From positions 64,001 through 128,000 of the forward strand of contig OZ241996.1 in NCBI GenBank assembly GCA_965204535.1: DNA of 64,000 bases, written 5' to 3'. This document shows, piece by piece, positions 37,215 to 47,414 of this stretch (within the stretch, counting starts at the first letter, position 1; each line of letters begins with the position of its first letter). The notes under the pieces are model-generated. The model saw nothing but the letters and a program-made list of their open reading frames with translations. It ran no database searches and was not told where the DNA came from. Origin of the DNA: a bacterium. GTDB lineage: Bacteria; UBA8248. Position numbers and translations under genes: made by a program.

Positions 37215-39116
37215 ATGAAAGATTTGCAACTCAATTCCAACCGCACGACGAGCGATGCGCTCAAGCGGCGTGTCGTCTTTTTCGGGATCTTTTTCGGCCT
37301 GGTCCTGTTCGTCTTGTTCGTGAGACTCTGGAACCTTCAAGTAATCCAGGGCGCAAAATTTCGGGCCCTCTCGGAAGACAACCGGATCGCTTACCGACTC
37401 GTGCAAAGCCCAAGGGGCATGGTGTTCGACTCGCAAGGAGAACTGCTTGCGGACAACCGCGCCTCGTTCAACATTTATCTGATCCGCGAAAATGTGAAAA
37501 AACTGCAACAGACCATTCGGCTGCTGGCTGAAATCACGGAACAACCTTTTGAGGAACTCTACAGAAGAACACGGGATGCGAATCCCTTCCGGCCGTTTCT
37601 GATCAAGGCGGACATCAGCCGTAAAACCATGGCCTTTCTCGAAGAACACAAGCCCGATTATCCGGGCGTATTCGTTCAAGTGACGCCGCTCAGGCAATAC
37701 CCCTCAAGTGAGGAGGCAAGCCACCTTCTGGGTTATATGGGAGAGATCAGCAACCGTCAGTTGCAACGGCTGAAGAAACGAAACTACCGGCAGGGGGATA
37801 TGCTCGGTCAATACGGAGTAGAGAGAACCCAGGAAAAATTTCTGCGTGGGCAAAGCGGCTTCAAGCAAGTGGAGGTAGACGCCTACGGAAGAGAACTGCG
37901 CGTCGTCCGCCCGTTTGTGGAAAAACCCGGGAACAACGTCTATCTGACGATTGATATGGAACTTCAGAAAAAAGCGGAGGAGTTGTTCGAAGCGCATGAG
38001 GGCAGCATCGTCATTCTCGACCCCTCGGACGGTGCGATTCTGGCCATGGTGAGCAAGCCGTCTTTCAATCCGAACATCTTCGCCAGCGGCATCGACGCCA
38101 AAAGCTGGAAAGACCTCATGAAAGATCCGTTGAAACCACTCGAGAACCGGGCGATTCGAGGGCAATACCCCCCCGGTTCGATTTTCAAAATCGTAATGGG
38201 CTTTGCGATTCTGAACGAGAAAATCGCGCGTTCGGATGAAAAAATACGCTGCCACGGCTCGTTTCCATTCGGGAAAAAAATATTTCGCGACTGGAAAAAA
38301 GGAGGGCACGGGCCGATAGCCTTCATCCAATCCATGGCCCAAAGTTGCGACGTCTACTACTACACGAACGGCCACAAGCTGGGCATCAAGAGAATCGCGC
38401 ATTACGCGCGCATGTTCGGCCTGGGTTCACCCACCGGGTTCGGAGCCGCCGAAAAAGGGGGGATCGTGCCCTCAGATGCCTGGAAGCGCCGCAGATTCAA
38501 GGAAAGATGGTATGAAGGCGAGACGATCAGCGTATCCATCGGCCAGGGCTTTAATCTCATCACTCCCATGCAGGCCGCCAACCTCATCGCCACCGTGGCG
38601 AACGGCGGACATCTGAGGAAACCCTACGTCGTGAAAAAAGTGCTGAGTCCCCGCGGGAAGACACTCTTCGAGTCCAGCCCCCAACTCATTCGCAAAATTC
38701 CCATATCCCCAAAAATTTTCCTGAAAGTTCGAGAAGGGCTCAAAGAAGTCGTTCATGGCAAAAAGGGCACAGGGAAAAAAGCCCGGGTGCCGGGTATCGT
38801 TGTGGCGGGAAAGACGGGCACCGCCCAGACAGTCGACCTGAAATATACGGGCCGCAAGAAAAAACCCGAAGATTTGCCTCGAAAATTCAGGGACCATAGC
38901 TGGTTCGTCGCATTCGCCCCCTACGAAAACCCCTCCATCGCCATCGCCATTTTGGGAGAAAATGTCGGTAGGCCGGGGTCTTTCTTCGCTCCATACGCGA
39001 GAGAGTTGATTTCATTTTATCTCGAGAAAAACGAGCGGCAAATTCTGGCTTCGAGCGAAACCCCTGAAGATAAACGGCTCTCCGCGAACAACCGGGCTCC
39101 GGGAAATCGCAGATGA
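37215..39116 (+). CDS. mrdA: Penicillin-binding protein 2
   Basis: PGSIFK (SxxK), SCD (SxD), KTGTAQ. Confidence 0.96.
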   Translation: MKDLQLNSNRTTSDALKRRVVFFGIFFGLVLFVLFVRLWNLQVIQGAKFRALSEDNRIAYRLVQSPRGMVFDSQGELLADNRASFNIYLIRENVKKLQQTIRLLAEITEQPFEELYRRTRDANPFRPFLIKADISRKTMAFLEEHKPDYPGVFVQVTPLRQYPSSEEASHLLGYMGEISNRQLQRLKKRNYRQGDMLGQYGVERTQEKFLRGQSGFKQVEVDAYGRELRVVRPFVEKPGNNVYLTIDMELQKKAEELFEAHEGSIVILDPSDGAILAMVSKPSFNPNIFASGIDAKSWKDLMKDPLKPLENRAIRGQYPPGSIFKIVMGFAILNEKIARSDEKIRCHGSFPFGKKIFRDWKKGGHGPIAFIQSMAQSCDVYYYTNGHKLGIKRIAHYARMFGLGSPTGFGAAEKGGIVPSDAWKRRRFKERWYEGETISVSIGQGFNLITPMQAANLIATVANGGHLRKPYVVKKVLSPRGKTLFESSPQLIRKIPISPKIFLKVREGLKEVVHGKKGTGKKARVPGIVVAGKTGTAQTVDLKYTGRKKKPEDLPRKFRDHSWFVAFAPYENPSIAIAILGENVGRPGSFFAPYARELISFYLEKNERQILASSETPEDKRLSANNRAPGNRR

Positions 39117-40255
39117 CGGGCATCGCTGCTTCTCGATCTTCCCCCTTCCGGCGAGCCGTCTCGCAGATGGATTGGCTGCTCGTTCTGGCCACGGTATTGC
39201 TCAGCTTGACGGGCATCTACATGATCTACAGCGCCATTCATTCCAACCCCGTTTTCCTGAAAAATTCCCTGCACCTCAGACAAGCGCTGTGGTCATCCAT
39301 TGGATTATGCGTGCTGCTCTTCATCCTCTTTTTCGATTACCACTTCTTTACGCGATGGGCCTATTTGTTTTACGCCCTCGTCATCGTTCTGCTCATCGCC
39401 GTCCTCTTCACAGGACAAGTGGTCGGCGGCTCGAAACGCTGGCTGGTTTTCGGCCCCTTGCGACTGCAACCCTCCGAGCTTGCGCGTCTGGCGGTCATCC
39501 TCGTGCTGGCCAGATATTTCGGCTCCCGCGAAGAAGAAGAGCCCATGGGCTTCAAGGAACTCATTCCGGCGCTTTTGCTGGTGCTCGCGCCCGTGCTGCT
39601 GATTGTCCGACAACCCGATTTGGGCACCGGTCTCACGGTTTTCCTGATAGCGGGAGTCATGGCTCTCGCCGTTGGCGTCAAGCGAAGAGTCCTCATCACC
39701 ATCGGAACCGCGGCGGTCGCGTGCGCCCCCCTGGGCTGGTTGTTTCTCAAGGAATATCAACGCCGCCGAATTTTGACGCTTTTCAACCCCGACGCCGACC
39801 CCCTCGGCGCCGGCTACCAGAGCATGCAAAGCATCATCGCCGTCGGCAGCGGAGAAATATGGGGCAAAGGACTTCTCCAGGGAACCCAGAGCAGGCTCCA
39901 TTTCCTGCCGGAGAAACACACCGATTTCATTTTCTCCGTCCTGAGTGAAGAACTGGGTTTTATCGGCAGCATCACGGTGTTGGCGTTGTTCTTCATTTTC
40001 ATTCTGCGGTGTCTGATCACGGCGCTGAACGCCGCTGACAAGGAGGGCGCCCTGCTCGCCATAGGCATTACCACGGCGTTTTTCCTCTACGTCATCTTCA
40101 ATATCGGGATGACGCTCGGTTTGATGCCCATCGTCGGAATCCCGCTTCCCCTGGTCAGCTACGGGGGGAGCGCCTCTATTTCTTCTTTCATCGCAATCGG
40201 CCTGGTCTTGAACGTCGGCGTGAGGAGGAAAAGCCTCTCTTCCATGTTCAGCTAA
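39113..40255 (+). CDS. rodA: Rod shape-determining protein RodA
   Basis: LQPSE, QPDLGT, PEKHTDFIF, PLVSYGGS. Confidence 0.96.
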   Translation: MTGIAASRSSPFRRAVSQMDWLLVLATVLLSLTGIYMIYSAIHSNPVFLKNSLHLRQALWSSIGLCVLLFILFFDYHFFTRWAYLFYALVIVLLIAVLFTGQVVGGSKRWLVFGPLRLQPSELARLAVILVLARYFGSREEEEPMGFKELIPALLLVLAPVLLIVRQPDLGTGLTVFLIAGVMALAVGVKRRVLITIGTAAVACAPLGWLFLKEYQRRRILTLFNPDADPLGAGYQSMQSIIAVGSGEIWGKGLLQGTQSRLHFLPEKHTDFIFSVLSEELGFIGSITVLALFFIFILRCLITALNAADKEGALLAIGITTAFFLYVIFNIGMTLGLMPIVGIPLPLVSYGGSASISSFIAIGLVLNVGVRRKSLSSMFS

Positions 40256-40261
40256 CCTCCC

Positions 40262-41725
40262 CTATTCCCCGTATTCCCTCTCTCCCGGGGGCGGAGACGC
40301 AAAACTGTTCCCGATTGCGATGACGGCGTCGCGCCCGCCGTGCCGCTCGACCAGCGCCGCCTGCTCCGCTTTTGCGCGCCTGTCCACCTCATCGGGGTCG
40401 AGGATGTCGAAAAGCCGCGCTTTCAGGTCTGTGAGAACAGCCTGATGGGCAGGGCTTCGGGAGAGGTCGCGGCGTTCTTCGGGGTCGTTCTCCAGATCGA
40501 AGAGTTCGGGCTCGTGTCCCGCGTAGTGGATATACTTGTAGCGTCCACGACGAATCATGAACAATCCCGTCTTGGCGCCGAGCGCGTGGAATTCACTGAA
40601 AATCTCACGCTCGGGCTCATCGGGTTCGTTCGCGATGCGGAACAGGGAGTCGCCATGCAGCCGCGCTTCCTCATCGCTTTCAAGCAAACCCGCGCAATCG
40701 AGCGCCGTGGGATACAGGTCGATGAGTGAGACCGGCGTCCGCGATACCTTGCCCCCCGGAAGGTCGGGGCCGGAGACGATGAGAGGCACGGCGACGGACT
40801 CCTCATACATCGTGGATTTTCCCCAAAGGCCGCGCTCGCCCAGGTTGTCTCCATGATCGCTGGCGAAGAGCACCCTCGTATTGTCCCTGAAACCCGATTC
40901 CTCCAGGGTTTTCACGATTTTTCCGACGTTCGAATCCACAAAGCTGACCATGGCGAAATATGACGCGAGAGCGACCCGCCGCCTGTGGTCGTCAAAATAA
41001 TCGTCGTACGGAGCACATTCGTGAAGCGCCCCAATCCAGGGATGCCAGTCGTAACCGCCCGAAGGGTGCGGCCTGGGCAGCGGGATGTCTTCGAGCGGGT
41101 AGAGGTCGTAAAACTCGGGCGGCCCGATGAAGGGAAAATGCGGGCATGTGAGGGAGACGAACAACGCCCATGGCGGCTCACCATCTCCAGCCGCTTGCCC
41201 GGCTATCCATTCACAGGCCAAATCGGTGACTTGTCCGTCATAGGCGATATATTTGGAGTCTCCCGGCCCGATGCGCTCGGCCATCCACTCCGGATTGTTC
41301 CTTGGCGGCAGGCCCTTCTCGTCCCGTACCGCGCTGTGGATATCGCCCACTCCCCCTTTGGGCAGATGCAGGGGGATGAGCTGCTCGTCGAAGCCGACGG
41401 GAACCTCGGCGTTCCGGTAATGGAGCTTGCCGACCGAGGTGGTTCTCACCCCGGCGTCCTGAAGCCGGTGGCCCCAACTCGGGGGCTCTCCCTCGTAGGG
41501 GTGGGCATTGTCCCAGGCGCTTATTTCATGCACGTACTTCCCCGTGGCGAAACTCGCGCGGGCCGGCACGCAGATGGGGCAGTTCGTATATGCGCTCTCG
41601 AAGCGCGTGCCCGAAGCAGCGAGCGCATCGATGTTCGGCGTCTTGACGATTGGATGCCCATAGCACCCCATGATCTTCCGGGTGTGCTCATCGTCCATCA
41701 AGAGCAAGAAATTCATCGGTTCCAT
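40262..41725 (-). CDS. Sulfatase family protein (choline-sulfatase-like)
   Basis: DDEH, CVPARAS (CxPxR), GKLH, SDHGD, GKSTMYE, ELFDL.NDP.E. Confidence 0.92.
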   Translation of the reverse strand: MEPMNFLLLMDDEHTRKIMGCYGHPIVKTPNIDALAASGTRFESAYTNCPICVPARASFATGKYVHEISAWDNAHPYEGEPPSWGHRLQDAGVRTTSVGKLHYRNAEVPVGFDEQLIPLHLPKGGVGDIHSAVRDEKGLPPRNNPEWMAERIGPGDSKYIAYDGQVTDLACEWIAGQAAGDGEPPWALFVSLTCPHFPFIGPPEFYDLYPLEDIPLPRPHPSGGYDWHPWIGALHECAPYDDYFDDHRRRVALASYFAMVSFVDSNVGKIVKTLEESGFRDNTRVLFASDHGDNLGERGLWGKSTMYEESVAVPLIVSGPDLPGGKVSRTPVSLIDLYPTALDCAGLLESDEEARLHGDSLFRIANEPDEPEREIFSEFHALGAKTGLFMIRRGRYKYIHYAGHEPELFDLENDPEERRDLSRSPAHQAVLTDLKARLFDILDPDEVDRRAKAEQAALVERHGGRDAVIAIGNSFASPPPGEREYGE

Positions 41726-42043
41726 CTATGAGACTCCCTGAATGGATTAGAAATGATTAAGAATTCGCAAAATCATATCCCCAAATACACCGAATTGGAA
41801 AATACCCCCTCTCCCGAATTACGGCGAAGCCCTCTCACTCATTTTGGCCATCGACACGCGCGGCCATGCGTCTTCAAACGAGACGGCTCAGGTATGCGGA
41901 TTTACCCCGGTTGCCAATTCCTTCGGTTTCCGTCATTATAAGAGATTGGTTCGCCCAGACCCCCAATAGGCGAAGGTCGGGGACCTGAAAGATGTATATA
42001 TGCCTCACCGCATATGGCGAGAGGCTTTAACAGGTTGATTACA

Positions 42044-44866
42044 ATGAATTTAGACTACGCACGGGACGTATTCCCTTTCGTCCAGAAACCTTCGCGTTAT
42101 CTGGGGAACGAGGTCAATTCGATCCACAAAGACCTCACCGGGGTGAAGAATCGCGTCGCCCTTGCATTCCCGGATACCTATGAAGTCGGCATGTCGCATA
42201 ACGGCATCCGCATACTCTATCACCTCCTGAACGAAGACGAAGACGTAGCCGCCGAGCGGGTTTTTCTCCCCTGGGATGATTTTGAAACCATCCTGAGAAG
42301 CAAGAACGCGCTCCTGACCACGCTGGAGAGCAGAACGCCCGTCCGGGAATTCCATATTCTGGGGGTATCGCTTCTCTACGAACTGGCCGCCAGCAACATC
42401 GTCTTGCTGCTCGATCTGGCCGGCATCCCCAGGCGATCCGCCCAAAGGCGCAGAGATGACCCGCTCGTCATCGCGGGCGGCCCCGTGACGTTCAACGTGG
42501 AGCCGATGGCGCCTTTCTTCGACGCCGTCGCCTTAGGGGACGGAGAGGAACTTTTCCCCGACGTCATCAAGGCCCACGAAAGGTGGCGGGAGACGAACGC
42601 GCCGAGAGAAGCGCTTCTGGAGATGCTGGAGGAGATTGACGGGATTTACGTCCCGAGCCGCTACGTTGTCGAACACGAGCCCGACGGCGAGGTGAAGCGC
42701 TTCCATCACGTCAGCGGACACCAGGAACCCGTATTGGCGCGCGTTCTGGAGGATTTGAACGATTCGCCCCACCCCACGCAGCCGGTCATCCCCTACACCC
42801 AGGTGGTGCACGACCGGGTGACGCTCGAGGTGCAGCGCGGTTGCACGAGGGGATGCCGGTTTTGTCACGCAGGCATGGTCTACCGCCCCGTTCGGGACCG
42901 GGAGCCGCACAAAGTCCTCGAACTCGCCGAGGAATCCCTCAGGAACACGGGTTATGAGGAAATCAGCCTCTCATCGCTTTGCATCGCCGATTATCAGCCC
43001 CTGAAAGGCCTGGTGCCCCGCATGATGGAGCGCCTCGCTCCCATGCAGACCTCCATCTCCCTGCCTTCGCTGCGCGTCGGTGCGATGAGCCCGGATCTCC
43101 TGGCCCAGATTGCGCGCGTGCGCCGCACGGGCTTCACCTTGGTTCCGGAAGCGGGCAGCGAGCGTCTGCGCAACGTCATCAACAAGGTGCTGACCGAGGC
43201 GGACCTCAAGCGAAACCTGCAGGACATCCTCGATACCGGCTGGCCGGGCGTGAAATTCTACTTCATGCTCGGCCTTCCCACCGAGAATTTCGACGATTTG
43301 CAGGAGATGGCGGACATGCTCGCCTCCTGCATGAAGATGCGCTCGCGAAAAACGGGCGAACCGTTCCGCTTCATCAACGTCAGCCTTTCCACTTTCGTGC
43401 CGAAGCCCCATACGCCGTTCCAGTGGTTTCCCCAGAACACCAAAGAGGAAATCAAGGCGAAACTCGATTTCATCAAGCGCGCCGTGCCCGACCGGAGAAT
43501 CAAGCTGCACTGGTCGAACCCCGAGCACAGTTTTCTGGAAGCGGTCATCTCGAAAGGCGACCGACGCCAGGCGGACGTCATCGAGACGGCGGTCGACTCA
43601 GGCTGCAAATTCGACGGCTGGATGGAGTTTTTCGATTACGAGAAGTGGACGGCCGCCTTTGAAGCCCATGGACTCGACCCGGAATGGTACGCTTACCGCG
43701 AAATACCCGAAGACGCCCCGCTGCCCTGGGACCACCTCGACTGCGGTGTGACCAAGGAGTACCAACTCGCCGACTGGAAGCGCTCCCTGCGTGAGGTCAC
43801 CATCGGCGATTGCCGCTACGAGGCGTGCGGCCAATGCGGCATTCTGGACAAATACAAGGGCATCAAATACCACTACGAAAAACCCATGCCGCTTGAAAGC
43901 TCCCCTCTTCCGGTCATCAACATGCCCGTTCAGGCGGGCGGCATGGTTCAGGCGGCGGACTTGCCGCCCGGACAGGACATTGCTCCCGCCGAGCCGGTGG
44001 AACTCGCCATCGCCAAGGCGCGGCCCGAGGCGCAGCGTCCCAGGCAGAGGAGGCGCAAGAGCGTCGCCCGGGAGTCCGGTCCCGTACCGGTGGGTTTCGA
44101 GGGCGCACACGACGACAATCCCGGCCTCGCCGAAGAACAACCCGACGCGCCCGTACGCAAGTTCAGATTCATCTACGAAAAATCCGGAGACCTGCGCTTT
44201 TTGAGCCACCTGGAGATTTTGAGAACCTTCATCCGCGCCATTCAGCGCGCGGGCTATCGCCTGGAACATTCCAGAGCCTTCAATCCGCACCCGAAAATCG
44301 TCTTCTCCCATGCGCTTCCCGTGGGCGTGGAAAGCCGCGCGGAAGTGGTGGATTTCTCGCTCCTGGAGGGGAGTGGACAAATCCGGTTGCGGGATTTATT
44401 CAAAAACCTGAAACGAGAACTCCCGCGCGGCCTCAAACCGCGTTCGGGATGGCGTATCGAGGGGAAAACGCTTTCGTCCGCCAATGCGCTCAGCGCGGCG
44501 ACCTATGAAATCTCCTTGTCTCGTGAAGACCTGGACCCGCCCCAAGCGCCGGATTCACAGATAAAAACCATCATCGAAGCGTTCATGGATGAGGAAAGCA
44601 TTGAAATAACGCGCGAGCACAAGGGAAAGATAAAACAATTCGACGCGCGGCCGTCCATCATGCGATTTTCGCTCGAATCATCGACGGACGCCGCCGTCCG
44701 CCTGCACCTCACGCTTCGCTACGGAGACGGCGTGAAACCGAAGGTGACGGAAATCCTCGCCAGATGCTTCGGTTTGTCTCCCGAGGCGTGCCTGAGGGCG
44801 CGGATTCAGAAAATCTCCGTCCAATGGAGAGCGGGAGCATCCCGCGCGATAGAACATGCCGTCTGA
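42044..44866 (+). CDS. TIGR03960-type radical SAM fused to TIGR03936-type domain
   Basis: FPDTYEVGMS, RGCTRGCRFC, PKPHTPFQW; C-terminal RFLSHL…FNPHPK…ALPVG. Confidence 0.9.
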   Translation: MNLDYARDVFPFVQKPSRYLGNEVNSIHKDLTGVKNRVALAFPDTYEVGMSHNGIRILYHLLNEDEDVAAERVFLPWDDFETILRSKNALLTTLESRTPVREFHILGVSLLYELAASNIVLLLDLAGIPRRSAQRRRDDPLVIAGGPVTFNVEPMAPFFDAVALGDGEELFPDVIKAHERWRETNAPREALLEMLEEIDGIYVPSRYVVEHEPDGEVKRFHHVSGHQEPVLARVLEDLNDSPHPTQPVIPYTQVVHDRVTLEVQRGCTRGCRFCHAGMVYRPVRDREPHKVLELAEESLRNTGYEEISLSSLCIADYQPLKGLVPRMMERLAPMQTSISLPSLRVGAMSPDLLAQIARVRRTGFTLVPEAGSERLRNVINKVLTEADLKRNLQDILDTGWPGVKFYFMLGLPTENFDDLQEMADMLASCMKMRSRKTGEPFRFINVSLSTFVPKPHTPFQWFPQNTKEEIKAKLDFIKRAVPDRRIKLHWSNPEHSFLEAVISKGDRRQADVIETAVDSGCKFDGWMEFFDYEKWTAAFEAHGLDPEWYAYREIPEDAPLPWDHLDCGVTKEYQLADWKRSLREVTIGDCRYEACGQCGILDKYKGIKYHYEKPMPLESSPLPVINMPVQAGGMVQAADLPPGQDIAPAEPVELAIAKARPEAQRPRQRRRKSVARESGPVPVGFEGAHDDNPGLAEEQPDAPVRKFRFIYEKSGDLRFLSHLEILRTFIRAIQRAGYRLEHSRAFNPHPKIVFSHALPVGVESRAEVVDFSLLEGSGQIRLRDLFKNLKRELPRGLKPRSGWRIEGKTLSSANALSAATYEISLSREDLDPPQAPDSQIKTIIEAFMDEESIEITREHKGKIKQFDARPSIMRFSLESSTDAAVRLHLTLRYGDGVKPKVTEILARCFGLSPEACLRARIQKISVQWRAGASRAIEHAV

Positions 44867-46463
44867 AATCGTCGTCAACGCCGAGCCGTTCGAGACGCGC
44901 ATCGCCCTGCTCGAAAACGGGGTGGCGGCCGAGCTTTATATCGAACGCGAAAGCGGCAAGAGCATCGTCGGCAACATCTACAAGGGAAAGGTGACGAAGG
45001 TGCTGCCGGGCATGCAGGCGGCGTTCGTGGACATCGGGCTCGAAAAGGCGGGCTTTCTTTACGTGAGCGACGTCGACACCATCGAGTCCATCGAGAATTA
45101 CCGGAAACTCGCGGCCGAACAATCGGAAGACGACGATGACCTCGATTTTGAAAGCAACGATTTCAGCAACGGGGACGCGCACGAAGGCGACAAGGACGAG
45201 CAGCAAAACGGCTCGCACCGAAACCTCATCGGCAGGCGCCCGCGCCGGTGGGAGGAAGAGCGCCACATCGAGGACCTGCTCAAAGACGGCCAGGACGTCA
45301 TCGTCCAGGTCAGCAAGGAGCCCCTGGGCACCAAAGGCTCCCGCCTGACGAGCTACATCACCCTGCCCGGCCGGTACGTGGTCTATATGCCCACGATCAA
45401 GCAAATCGGCATCAGCAGGCGAATCGAGAACGAAGAAGAGCGCAAAAGGCTCAAGAAGCTGGTGCGTAGAAACCGCCAGCCGGGAGCCGGGTATATCGTC
45501 CGCACGGCGAGTGAAACCATGCCCGCCCAGGATATCGAAGCCAACGTGAATTTCCTGCACGCGCTCTGGGAAGATGTTCTGCTCAAGAACGAATCGGCTT
45601 CTTCGCCGTCCCGGATTCATTCGAACCTGAACATCATCGAGCGGACCGTCAGGGATTTGTTCAATTCTTCCGTCGACAGGATGATCATCGACGACAAGGA
45701 ACAATACCTGAAAACCAGGGAGTTCATACAAAGCTACTACCCGCATCTGGTTCCCAAGCTCCAGCATTACGACGGCGATGAGCCGATATTCGATTATTTC
45801 GGCGTGGAACTCGAACTCGAACGCGCGCTCGGCCAACGCGTGTGGCTGCGCAACGGCGGATACATCGTGATCGATCAGACCGAGGCGCTTACGACGATCG
45901 ACGTCAACACCGGACGATACGTGGGCAAGAAGAGCCCGGAGGAGACGATCCTCGAAACGAACCTCGAAGCGGTGCGGGAAATCGTATCCCAGTTGCGCCT
46001 GCGGAACCTGGGCGGAATCATCATCGTCGATTTCATCGACATGGAAAAAGAAGAGAACAAGGAAAAGGTGTTCAACACCTTCAAGGAGGAGCTCAGAAAA
46101 GACCGCTCGCGCACCAACATCCTGAAGATAAGCGAACTGGGGCTCGTCGAGATGACCCGGAAGCGCGTTCGAGACAGCATCCAGAGAACACTCTGCACCC
46201 CATGCCCCTATTGCGAAGGGCGCGGACAGGTGAAATCCGCGACCTCGGTGAGCTATGAAGCCATGCGGGAGGTGCGCCGGATGAGAAGGGCGCACAAGGA
46301 CGCCGCAAAATTCCTCATCAACGTCCACCCCACGGTCGTGGACATCCTCCTCGATGAAGAAAGAAGAAATGTAGAAGAGCTCGAAAGCCTTCTCAACATA
46401 CAACTCGTCATCAAAGGCGATGCCGAACTGCATCGCGAAGGCTTCGAAGTCGTTCGGCTGTAA
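44856..46463 (+). CDS. rng: Ribonuclease G (Rne/Rng family)
   Basis: GNIYKGKV, AAFVDIG, IDVNTG, DFIDM, CPYC. Confidence 0.92.
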   Translation: MPSEIVVNAEPFETRIALLENGVAAELYIERESGKSIVGNIYKGKVTKVLPGMQAAFVDIGLEKAGFLYVSDVDTIESIENYRKLAAEQSEDDDDLDFESNDFSNGDAHEGDKDEQQNGSHRNLIGRRPRRWEEERHIEDLLKDGQDVIVQVSKEPLGTKGSRLTSYITLPGRYVVYMPTIKQIGISRRIENEEERKRLKKLVRRNRQPGAGYIVRTASETMPAQDIEANVNFLHALWEDVLLKNESASSPSRIHSNLNIIERTVRDLFNSSVDRMIIDDKEQYLKTREFIQSYYPHLVPKLQHYDGDEPIFDYFGVELELERALGQRVWLRNGGYIVIDQTEALTTIDVNTGRYVGKKSPEETILETNLEAVREIVSQLRLRNLGGIIIVDFIDMEKEENKEKVFNTFKEELRKDRSRTNILKISELGLVEMTRKRVRDSIQRTLCTPCPYCEGRGQVKSATSVSYEAMREVRRMRRAHKDAAKFLINVHPTVVDILLDEERRNVEELESLLNIQLVIKGDAELHREGFEVVRL

Positions 46464-46513
46464 GGAGACGCACTGCGTTTCTCGGTCATTTTGCCGCCCT
46501 GAGGATAGATGAC

Positions 46514-47305
46514 ATGCGGCGGAGTGTATGCGCATTGGCACTCCCTGTGTTCCTGGCAGGGTGCGCCAATTTCCCCCTGTTCAGTCCAGAGCCCGCTCCC
46601 CCGGAGCCGGCCCGGAGCGCTTCCGCCACCAATTCACCCCAAAACGAATTATCCTCCGCCAGGGAGCGGAACTCGCGCCTTGAGGCCCGATTGGCCGAGT
46701 CCACCCGGAAAATCGAGGCGCTTGCCAGGGAAATCCGCAAGCTGGAAAAGAAAAACCACACACTCGAAGCCACCGCGGAAAGGCTGAGGCGGGAGAACAT
46801 CATCGCCAAAAGTTTCCCGGCTCCCCCACCCACGCGAACGCGGATGAAACCACCAAAATCCTCACCCGGAATGCGAGACGCGGCGCCGAAAAAGCCCGGA
46901 CGAGCTTCCATCACCCCCCAGGCGCTCTACAATAAATCCTATCGCGCCGTCCGGGACGGGAAAAACGAGGCGGCCATTCGCGGATTCCGGCGTTTCCTGC
47001 GCCTGTTCCCCGAAAATCAGTTGGCGCCCCATTCCCAGTTTTGGCTCGGAGAGGCCTACTACGCGCTCAGGCGATACCCCGAGGCGCTGGATGCATTTCT
47101 CAATCTCATTACCAGATATCCCAAAAGCCGCAAGGTTCCGGATGCCTATTACAAACGGGGGCTTACCTATCTCCGGCGGAACTTCCCCCTCGATGCAGCG
47201 CTTGAATTTGAAAAACTGGTGGAAAGTTTCCCCGCACACCCGATATCGAAAAAAGCGAGGGTCCAACTCCAAAATCTCAAGCATTCCACCCGAAAAAAAC
47301 CCTGA
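46514..47305 (+). CDS. CpoB/YbgF-like TPR lipoprotein
   Basis: Lipobox LAGC, coiled coil, TPRs (FWLGEAYY, YPKSRKVPDA). Confidence 0.8.
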   Translation: MRRSVCALALPVFLAGCANFPLFSPEPAPPEPARSASATNSPQNELSSARERNSRLEARLAESTRKIEALAREIRKLEKKNHTLEATAERLRRENIIAKSFPAPPPTRTRMKPPKSSPGMRDAAPKKPGRASITPQALYNKSYRAVRDGKNEAAIRGFRRFLRLFPENQLAPHSQFWLGEAYYALRRYPEALDAFLNLITRYPKSRKVPDAYYKRGLTYLRRNFPLDAALEFEKLVESFPAHPISKKARVQLQNLKHSTRKKP

Positions 47306-47414
47306 GATGGATAAATCGACCCTTCTCCTCCCGCCTCGGCCTTTTCCCGCGTCTTGACACGAGATACGGACTCCATGTTATGGGTTCAGGTATGATGAAC
47401 GCCGGAGATCGGAA

